Part shown: positions 11,392 through 19,172 of the stretch, one piece after another | Position numbering within the stretch: the first letter of the stretch is position 1 | Layout: every line of letters begins with the position of its first letter | Assembly (NCBI GenBank): GCA_963712695.1 | Contig: CAVQJD010000011.1 | Coordinates: 69,336-133,335 of the forward strand | Reading direction: 5' to 3' | From: an uncultured Gammaproteobacteria bacterium | GTDB taxonomy: Bacteria; Pseudomonadota; Gammaproteobacteria; UBA9214 | DNA: 64,000 bases | Program-made: the position numbers and the translations under genes | The notes under the pieces: model-generated | What the model was told of the DNA's origin: nothing | Seen by the model: only the letters and a program-made list of their open reading frames with translations | The model's database searches: none

Positions 11392-12027
11392 TCAGTGCCC
11401 CCGCTTCTTCCCGGTGATCATGGCCCGAACCAGATTTTCGCCGTGTACCCGGCTGGCTACGATGACACCGGCCACATGGATAACCACCAGCAGCACGGTA
11501 AGGTTGGAAAAGAACTCGTGGAGCTCTTCCCAGAACTCTTCTCCCCATGCCTCGCCGTCGCCGTGGCCTTCATGCGCCTCGTCCTCGCCATGCTCATCGT
11601 CGGCATGCGCCGGCGCCACTAACGTGACTTCAACGCCGCCTGCGGCCAGCGGGCCATGTCCCTCGAGTCCGTAGACCTTCAAACCGGTATAGCTGGTAAG
11701 CACCAGGGACACCAGCAGCATGACGATCATCCAGCCGCCCGCCGGGTTGTGGCCGGTAAACGGTTCCGGCGTCCCGGAGAACATGCCCTTGAGGTACTGC
11801 ACGGTGCGACGCGGCGAGTAGAGAAAATTGCTGAAGCGGGCATAGCGGGTGCCCACAAATCCCCACAGGATCCGGAATGCCAGCAGGCCGATGATGTAAT
11901 AGCCGGCATAGATATGCACCAGGCTATCCTCCTCGCCGGTGACATAGGCAATGATGAATGCGGCCACCAGCGTCCAGTGGAACAGGCGTACCAGCGGATC
12001 CCAGACCCGAACCTGATTACCAGTCAT
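11392..12027 (-). CDS. Cytochrome b561/Ni-hydrogenase-type b cytochrome family membrane protein with a His/Asp/Glu-rich loop
   Basis: 211 aa; VWDPLVRLFHWTLVAAFIIAYVTGE...HNPAGGWMIV resembles PF01292-type dihaem cytochrome b. There are four hydrophobic helices. An inserted loop reads HADDEHGEDEAHEGHGDGEAWGEEFWEELHEFF. Confidence 0.75.
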   Translation of the reverse strand: MTGNQVRVWDPLVRLFHWTLVAAFIIAYVTGEEDSLVHIYAGYYIIGLLAFRILWGFVGTRYARFSNFLYSPRRTVQYLKGMFSGTPEPFTGHNPAGGWMIVMLLVSLVLTSYTGLKVYGLEGHGPLAAGGVEVTLVAPAHADDEHGEDEAHEGHGDGEAWGEEFWEELHEFFSNLTVLLVVIHVAGVIVASRVHGENLVRAMITGKKRGH

Positions 12028-12148
12028 GACTTAACTCCGTATAATTCATGAAACGGGCTGACAGTGTGCTGCACAACCGTCCACGACGCATCAGGCAGAC
12101 GCCGCAAGGTGGCCTGCCGTGGGGCATTTGCCTCATGCGTGACACACC

Positions 12149-12673
12149 ATGAATCAACCACCTACGGTATACGGCATGATCTACCTGAAGGAAACCCTGC
12201 TCATCGCCCTGCTGTCGGTGATCATTCTCGGCAACCTGTATGACTTCAGCACCGACTACCGGCACGGCGCCCCGGTCCTGCACCTGCTGGAAGAAGCCGC
12301 CGTCATCGTGATTTCGACCGCGCTCATGGCCTGGCTGTTGCTCGACCTGCGCCGGCAACGCCTTGAACTCGAGCAACTCCGCCAGGAAGTCGCACAGCGC
12401 ATCCTGCCGGCCAGCACACCGCCACCGGCGGTGGTCGAGGCGCGCCGGCAACTTGGCGGCCTTATACAGACCCAGTTCCGGGACTGGGACCTTACCGACA
12501 GCGAGCAGGCGGTCGGCCTGCTGCTGCTGAAAGGCCTGAGCTTCAAGGAAATCGCCGCCCTGCGCGAGACACAGGAGAAAACCGTGCGCGCCCAGGCCTC
12601 CGGTATCTATCGCAAGGCCGGCGTCAGCGGCCGGCACGCCTTCGCGGCCTGGTTCATCGAGGATTTTTTATAG
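12149..12673 (+). CDS. Membrane-anchored LuxR/GerE-family transcriptional regulator
   Basis: 174 aa with two N-terminal hydrophobic helices (LLIALLSVIILGNLY, AAVIVISTALMAWLLL), then a C-terminal GerE HTH: LTDSEQAVGLLLLKGLSFKEIAALRETQEKTVRAQASGIYRKAGVSGR. Confidence 0.75.
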   Translation: MNQPPTVYGMIYLKETLLIALLSVIILGNLYDFSTDYRHGAPVLHLLEEAAVIVISTALMAWLLLDLRRQRLELEQLRQEVAQRILPASTPPPAVVEARRQLGGLIQTQFRDWDLTDSEQAVGLLLLKGLSFKEIAALRETQEKTVRAQASGIYRKAGVSGRHAFAAWFIEDFL

Positions 12674-13136
12674 ACGGTAGTAAAATCACGAAAGGGAACT
12701 CGCGCTGAGACGCAGAGAAATCAGATAGAACAATATCTCGTGCCAGGAGGCCGGGGCGTGAAGTAAAAATTGCCTCGAGGATCTGGAAAAACACAGACTG
12801 AATGGCTGTCATTCCCGCACAGGAGGGAAGCCAGTGCCAGTGCAGCAGCATCAGCTGCCGGGCTCGTTAAGGAACGAACGGTTTTCGGAGCCAAACAGAG
12901 ATTCTCTTGCCCCTCGTTATTCCCTATTAATTTACTGCCGTACTTCGTGAAACGGCGCACGCCAACTTCTGACCTTCCCGGTTACTGATCTGAAGGTCCG
13001 TTAATACTGAAAGCAGACGTTCATGTGTAGCTTGTGATCTGTACTCATTCAACCTGCTTCAATCGTCCCGGTTAAGCGGCGGCGCTTAGCGCCGTCCGCT
13101 GCAACCGGTTGTTAGCTGAAGTGGCGTCAAATATCC

Positions 13137-15496
13137 CTATTCCGCAGGTTTCACTTCGAGAGTGATCTGATTGATCTTTCCGGTAAACCGCGTCTCCGCA
13201 CCGATACCGATGCCCTCGGCGACCGGAGTCTGATTATCGAGGCCGACGTCCGCCGTCTCGTCCGCAGAGAAGATGTTGGGCTGAGTTTTTTCTACACGCC
13301 CCTCTGCAACGGGTTTACCGTTTACTTGCAGAGTTGCCTTGCCGCCCTTGCCGATCCCGCCACCGTCATAGTCGAAATCGAGCGTGACCGTTGCCGGGCC
13401 GGCCGGCAATGCCTTGGGTGCTGCGATGGTGTAGCGCTCCAGCCCCAGGAAGTTGTAGACGTAAGCGGGTTTGCCGTCCTTCATGTAGAGCGACCAGCCG
13501 CCAAAGCGCCCACCCTGGGACAGGATCGCGCCATTGGCACCGCCTTCCGGAATCTCGAGTTCGGCGGTGATCTTGCTGGATTGGTTCTTGATGTTCATGA
13601 AGGTGTTTTCCAGCATGCCCTGCATTCCCTCGTAGAGGGTGAGCGAGGTTCGGTCGCCGAGCACATCGGGCCGGCCGGCGAGCGCCGGGTTCGTGCGCTC
13701 GATCGTCCGATCGTCAATCGGCAGCACGTGGTACTTCTCGGCCTCCTTCATGAACAGGGCCTGCAGATCCTTCAGTTTGCCGGGTTGTTCAGCGGCCAGG
13801 TTCTTGGTGAGGCTGAAATCGCTCTTCACGTCATAAAGATCCCAGACGTCGGTCTTCAGGGGCGGCAGGTTAACTGTTTGCCAGGGCGCGCGGTGAATGG
13901 TGCGGGCAAGCCAGCCATCGTGATAGATCGCGCGATTGCCGAACATCTCGAAGTATTGCGTGGTGTGTCGTTCCGCGGCGTTCGGCATCGTCGAAGGTAT
14001 AGAGCATGCTGGTGCCCTCGATGGGTGTCTGCGGCGTGCCGTTCACACTCTTGGGCTCTGGCAGTCCGGCAGCTTCCAGAATGGTGGGGGCAACATCGAT
14101 CACGTGCGAGAACTGGCTGCGGATTTCGCCCTTGGCCTTGATACCCTTGGGCCAATGAATGACCGCACCGTTGCGGGTGCCACCGAAGTCGGAAGCCACC
14201 TGCTTGGTCCAGGAGAAAGGCGAGTCGAAGGCCACCGCCCAGCCGGCGGCCATATGCGGGAAGGTCTCCGGTCCGCCCCACTTGTCGATCAGCGGGATAA
14301 GATCCTCGACCTTCTCGGTAACGCCGTTGAAGTAGGTCATTTCGTTGTACATGCCGACAAAGCCACCTTCGGCACTGGTTCCGTTGTCGCCAGCGATATA
14401 GATGAACAGCGTGTTGTCCATCTCGTTGATGTCTTTCAGCGCTTGCACGAGTCGTCCGACCTCGTAATCGGTCTGTGCCATGAATCCGGCGAACACTTCG
14501 GCCTGGCGTGCGAAGAGACGTCGCTGCTCCGCAGGCAACTTGTCCCAATCCTTGATGTCCTCCGGCTTGGGAGCCAACTGGGTATTGGCTGGGATCACGC
14601 CCAGCTTCTTCTGTCGCTCGATGGTCTCCAGCCGAACCTGGTCCCAGCCCTTGTCGAACTGCCCCTTGTACTTGTCAGCCCATTCTTTGGGAACATGGTG
14701 CGGTGCATGGACGGCGCCGGTGGCGTAGTAGACGAAGAACGGTTTGTCCGGCGTCATCGACTGCTGGGCTTTCACCCAGTTGATCGCCTGGTTGGTCATG
14801 TCGACCGTGAAGTGATAGCCCTCGGTTTTCGGTGGATCGACCTTGGTCACGCCGTCGTAGACGAGCGGATACCACTGGTCGGTCTCACCCCCGATGAACC
14901 CGTAGAACTTGTCGAAACCCTGATGCGTGGGCCAGCGGTCATACGGGCCCGGACACACTGGTCTCCCAGGCGGCGGTTTCGTGCCACTTGCCGAAGGCTC
15001 CGGTGCTGTAGCCGTTGAGGCGCAGCATTTCTGCCAAAGGGGCAACGCTGTTCGGAATCTGCCCGGTGTTGCCGGGGAAGGCCGTCGCGGTCTCCATGAT
15101 CGAGCCGGTGTTGGTGGTGTGATGGTTGCGGCCGGTCTTCAGAGCGTTGCGCGTCGGCGAGCACAGCGCGGTCGTGTGAAAGTTGTTGAAGCGCAAGCCT
15201 GCATTGGCCAGTGAATCCAGCGTTGGCGTCTGGATGGGGCCGCCGAATGTGCTGGGGCCACCGAAGCCGATATCGTCGATCAGCACGATCACAACGTTGG
15301 GAGCTCCCTCGGGCGCCTTGACCTCAAAGCGTGCCGGAGCCTTGGCATTGCGTGCGTCGAGCTCTTTGTAAGTCGGTGGCTTCGGCTCTGCAATCGGCAG
15401 CATTGTGCGATCGAGCGTCTCCTGTGCCGCTACCACCCCAGCCGAACTGGCCAACAGGGCCGCTGCCATCCAGAAGGTTTTATACGGTGTCCTCAT
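13137..15496 (-). pseudogene. Arylsulfatase (formylglycine-type, CSPTR motif) disrupted by two frameshifts
   Basis: Three consecutive minus-strand ORFs (14939-15496, 13870-15045, 13137-13988) join into one ~780-aa sulfatase. It has a signal peptide and VIVLIDDIGFG...ALCSPTRNALKTGRNHH. Frame changes occur at ...TSVSGP|YDRWPTHQGFDKFYGF (about 14942-14951, in a GGGCCC run) and ...MLYTFDDA|AERHTTQYFEMFGNRAIYHDGW (about 13972-13985). Confidence 0.85.
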
Positions 15497-15922
15497 TTCT
15501 ATCTCCCTTCAAAATTTCTGAGTCATCAGCTAACGACAAGATCACCCGCATTGAATCTGGCGCTGGCGCGGTCGGCAAGCACCTTGGGTTCCGCAGGGAT
15601 TGTTTCCTCAGGGAGGCCCCACCACAGTTACCGCCATAAGGACAGCCATCAGCATTTCTATTTTCATTGTCTTCAATGTTTTCTACTTTTGTTTTGTTTT
15701 CCGGCTCACGGCGGGGGTTATCCACTCATGTCCACGCTCATAGGCGAACTTAGCCCCTCACTTTACCGGCTCTCCCTTTGGAAATCTCCACGACCCGTCT
15801 ATATTTGCCTGCTTCGGCTGATACATCCGTACGATGTACTTCCAGATAGTAGCGGTCTGTCCCTGAATGCACAACGACGGTGCACTCAGGTCATCCAGGA
15901 AGATATACAGAACTTCCGACTG

Positions 15923-16223
15923 GGGTCGACTCTCGCTGTTTAGCAATTACTGATACAGCCACAGCCTCTAGATCTTATCCCGGCCAAAACACATCTTACA
16001 TCTTTGCAAGATTGCGATATGAGCAAATCATACCGGCTGGCTACAGCATGAACGGGTACCAAGTCTGTTCCATTGTCCGGCTTAATTGCCGACAGCAATG
16101 CCGGGTGGATTTCGGAAAAACAGATATGTGGCAATCGCTGTCGCCCAGAATATTACGGTCGCGAACACAAAGAACCAGTCAAACCCGAAGACAATCGGGA
16201 TGAAGAACGAGACCAGGGAACCA
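15923..16223. repeat. Direct repeat copy A (partner 18752-19172)
   Basis: Positions 16033-16223 match 18982-19172 at 189/191 nt by eye. The left part (15923-16032) matches 18752-18981 more loosely, with a ~120-bp indel. Confidence 0.85.
16082..16223 (-). pseudogene. Orphan 3-prime fragment (last ~47 codons) of a paralogue/duplicate of the 742-aa membrane protein gene
   Basis: ORF 16082-16369 ends ...GSLVSFFIPIVFGFDWFFVFATVIFWATAIATYLFFRNPPGIAVGN, identical to the C-terminus of ORF 19031-21259. Similarity stops abruptly upstream of GSLVSFF (at 16223). Confidence 0.75.
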
Positions 16224-16602
16224 CGAGAAATAGGAGTCATTCCGACCAGTATTGTTGTACTTCGTTTCTTGGGTCGACTCCTGCCGATTAGCGGAATCCT
16301 GTACAAGAATTCCGTGGAGTACAGGGCGCACGCCATGAGTTGACGTTCCCCGATTTCAGAAAACTCCACCGATACTGGTTTCCAGGTTGCAATAGCAAAG
16401 AATAAAATAGATAGGGGAATCTGTACCTATGGCCATTCGGAGTCACTTCGGGCTTGCGGGACAATGCCACCAAACGAGTAATGACACGTGTCCGGACAAA
16501 AGATTTACGTGGCCACAGAAAGCCACGTCAGGGGTGTGTCTCAAGGACGCTAAATCCATAGGGTCGCGTGACAGTGGTATTGTACAGCCGTTTGTAACGC
16601 CC

Positions 16603-16631
16603 AAACAAAACCCCCTCCGCAAAGGAGGGGG
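16603..16631 (-). terminator. Rho-independent terminator after the 637-aa gene
   Basis: The minus strand reads ccccctcc-tttgc-ggaggggg followed by ttttgttt, 30 nt past the stop at 16661. Confidence 0.75.
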
Positions 16632-16660
16632 CTGTTTGTACTATTGCAGTGATTGACCGG

Positions 16661-18574
16661 TTACAAGGTATGCCAATGCCGCCTTGAACCAAGGTAGACC
16701 AGTGTACCCAACAGCAGCAGTGGGAACAGCGGGTCGAATCCACGCTGCATGCCGGTGACACTGCAACCACCTCCGCCGCCTCCGCCACCTCCGCCACCAC
16801 CGACCGCGGGTGCTTCCACGGCGCCGACATCGCAGATTACGACGCCATCACCGTTGCCATCATTCCGGCGCGGGAAGCCCACGCCGCGCTGATCGACATT
16901 GCCATACAGCCCGACCAGCGTCTGGCAGACTGCATCGTCACCCGCCTCGATAGCCGGGCTGCCGCCACCGATGGCGTGAGTTTCGGTCAGGCCACCGTTG
17001 TCCTGCAGCAGGCCCAGCAGGGCATCGGTAGTGATCTGGTCCTGGAGTACCGCCGGATCCATGTCGCAATCGTTACCGTCCTCGATGTTGGAACCGCCCG
17101 AGACCATGATATTCGGATTACAGGCGCCACCACCGCTGCAGCCGCAGTTGACGAGCACCGGCAGAGCCGGCAGAACCGGCACCTTCTGATTGTTCTGCAA
17201 GACTGTATTGGTGAAATTGAAGATACCGGCACCGAAGGCGTTCAGACCGGCACCACCGCCAGGGGCATCAGTGGTCGCGACATTATCCACCACCGTGACA
17301 TTGCGCAGGTTTACCGTGCCGTTGGTGGTGATACCACCGCCGACATCGGTCGCCTGGTTGGTGCTCACCGTGCTGTTGTCCAGGTCGATGGTGACACCCG
17401 CGCGCCCGGCGATACCACCGCCGCCGATGGCGTTGTTGCCATTGATGGCACTGCCGGCGATGGTGGTGGTGTGCGAACCGGTATCGAACAGACCACCGCC
17501 GTTCTCCGCCACGTTGGGATTGGTCAGCTCGATGGGGGCCGCGGCATCGAATAGCATGCCGACCGTGGTATTGGTCATGGTCAGTATGGCGTCGTTGTAG
17601 ATACCGCCGCCGTTGGCATTGCTGGTATTGCCGCTGACAATGGACTCGGTGACGGTCGCCGGCACGGCACTGTAGAGGCCGCCACCGTCCGCGCCGGCCC
17701 AGCTGGCGACGACGGCCACCCGGTTCAGCGTCACGTTGGTAATGCCCACGGTGTCATCTTCGCCGGGCTTGCCGCCGGGGAACGGTCCGCCATTGTCGGA
17801 ACCACCACCGCCAATGCCACCCCCCGCACCACCGCCAGAGCCGTGCACGGATTCCACATACTCCACCACGGCATTGGACGCACCCAGGCCAATGGCACCG
17901 CCCATGCGGCGGAACTGCCAGATGTCCACGCTGCCCGGGTTCGCGTTGACTACATTGATGTCATAGGCATTGGGGCCCGTGGCCGCCAGGGAGGTTGCGT
18001 CCGTGGGAATTAGGCCTACCTCGCCGTTCCTGATCGCCAGGTCCTGGATCACCACACTGTTGATGGCACCCGTCGCGGTGGTTGTCTGGACGTGAAAGAT
18101 GCGATCGCCGGTCAGCGGGTCGGCATCGGGTGCCGCCGCGGCCCACTCGATTAGAGTCTGGTCCACACCGGCACCCGTGATGGTCACGTCACCGGTGATA
18201 TCAAGGTCGCCCATACTGGCATCCGCCGTGACCACCGGTACGTAGGGGTCTGCAAGTGTACCTGTCCCCGTACAGGGCACGGCACCATCGCAGCGCTCGT
18301 CCACGCCAGCAAGCGTCAGGGTGATCGTGCCCGCCGGCACGGAAATCGTGTCGGCACCGGCCAGCGCATTGGCCTCCATCACCGCCGCACGCAGGGTGCA
18401 GTCGGCAGTAGCCAGCGTGGCCTCGCAGACCCCGTCTCCCGGCGTTATGTCCACTGCATCTGTAAGGTTATTGACAGTAAAAACTGCTGCTTGGACAGCG
18501 CTTGCACCAAGTCCGCATATGCTAGCCAGGACAAGACCAATTGTGTGTTCACTTATTGTTCTGAATTTAATCAT
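16661..18574 (-). CDS. Secreted right-handed beta-helix protein: CSLREA-type N-terminal motif, Pmp-like GGG[IL] repeats, choice-of-anchor-Q-like end (CDVGAVEA), then a Gly12 linker and C-terminal sorting-signal-like tail
   Basis: 637 aa. The signal peptide is MIKFRTISEHTIGLVLASICGLGASAVQA, followed by GDGVCEATLATADCTLRAAVMEAN. There are repeated NGGGIY/NGGGLF/GGGGIA/VGGGIT ... N.T...N motifs. The tail reads CDVGAVEAPAV-G12-CSVTGMQRGFDPLFPLLLLGTLVYLGSRRHWHTL. Confidence 0.8.
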   Translation of the reverse strand: MIKFRTISEHTIGLVLASICGLGASAVQAAVFTVNNLTDAVDITPGDGVCEATLATADCTLRAAVMEANALAGADTISVPAGTITLTLAGVDERCDGAVPCTGTGTLADPYVPVVTADASMGDLDITGDVTITGAGVDQTLIEWAAAAPDADPLTGDRIFHVQTTTATGAINSVVIQDLAIRNGEVGLIPTDATSLAATGPNAYDINVVNANPGSVDIWQFRRMGGAIGLGASNAVVEYVESVHGSGGGAGGGIGGGGSDNGGPFPGGKPGEDDTVGITNVTLNRVAVVASWAGADGGGLYSAVPATVTESIVSGNTSNANGGGIYNDAILTMTNTTVGMLFDAAAPIELTNPNVAENGGGLFDTGSHTTTIAGSAINGNNAIGGGGIAGRAGVTIDLDNSTVSTNQATDVGGGITTNGTVNLRNVTVVDNVATTDAPGGGAGLNAFGAGIFNFTNTVLQNNQKVPVLPALPVLVNCGCSGGGACNPNIMVSGGSNIEDGNDCDMDPAVLQDQITTDALLGLLQDNGGLTETHAIGGGSPAIEAGDDAVCQTLVGLYGNVDQRGVGFPRRNDGNGDGVVICDVGAVEAPAVGGGGGGGGGGGGCSVTGMQRGFDPLFPLLLLGTLVYLGSRRHWHTL

Positions 18575-18751
18575 GAGCCTTTATCTCCTCCAATTAAGAC
18601 TACCCCCCGAAAGAAAATCATCTTCTAGTGTGAGGAGAATCATACGCGTGTCAAGTTAATAAGATGTTCTTATAGTACGAGTGTTGTGTAAAGGTGGTTT
18701 TTCGCGACAAGTCGTTGTTTACATAAGCTGCGTCAGCTACAGGTCCGATTA

Positions 18752-19172
18752 GGGTCGACTCTCGCGGTTTAGCAATTCAATTACTGATACGGATTCGGCA
18801 TCCAGGTCTTATACCCGCCAAAACACATCAACCTACTCGCGAACGGCAAATTCGATGCAGGACATTATATCCTTTTATCTAGCAGGCAAACCTGATCAGC
18901 TCACTGGCTGATTGACAACTCTTATTTAGATGAGTGCCTCAACCAGAACCATCAACTTTGCAAGGTTGCAATATGAGCAAACCGGCTGGCTACGGCATGA
19001 ACGGGTACCAAGTCTGTTCCATTGTCCGGCTTAATTGCCGACAGCAATGCCGGGTGGATTTCGGAAAAACAGATATGTGGCAATCGCTGTCGCCCAGAAT
19101 ATTACGGTCGCGAACACAAAGAACCAGTCAAACCCGAAGACAATCGGGATGAAGAACGAAACCAGGGAACCA
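18752..19172. repeat. Direct repeat copy B (partner 15923-16223)
   Basis: It covers the last 142 nt of the 742-aa gene plus ~280 nt downstream of it. See copy A for the alignment. Confidence 0.85.

Noticed and set aside
12803-12837. A GTCATTCCCGC(A/G)CA... motif that is also found at 56198-56230, reminiscent of short dispersed hairpin repeats seen in other Proteobacteria.
   Set aside because: Only ~14 nt are shared, both copies are degenerate, and the hairpin potential is weak.
13068-13108. A long imperfect hairpin, ccggttaagcggcggcgct-t-agcgccgtccgctgcaaccgg, downstream of the sulfatase pseudogene. It shares a CTGCAACCGGTTG motif with 9106-9118.
   Set aside because: There is no U-tract, so it is not a convincing intrinsic terminator. 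The shared motif is only 13 nt and contains the self-palindrome CAACCGGTTG. Two occurrences are too few to call a repeat family.
13870-15045. Programmed ribosomal frameshifting as an explanation for the split sulfatase.
   Set aside because: There is no slippery heptamer or downstream structure at either junction. Two independent shifts in one gene within a degraded island are better explained by decay or sequencing indels.
15758-15946. A 62-aa minus-strand ORF (…EVLYIFLDDLSAPSL…) in the AT-rich spacer, considered as a transposase or integrase remnant.
   Set aside because: I could not match it to any transposase, integrase or reverse-transcriptase motif. It starts with a non-ATG codon and partly overlaps repeat copy A, so there is insufficient evidence.
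16741-16810. The GGN-rich stretch encoding Gly12, considered as a slippage-prone simple sequence repeat (phase variation).
   Set aside because: The codons are mixed (ggt ggt ggc gga ggt ggc gga ggc ggc gga ggt ggt). It is neither a homopolymer nor a perfect trinucleotide repeat, and any slippage would be in-frame. It looks more like a flexible linker.
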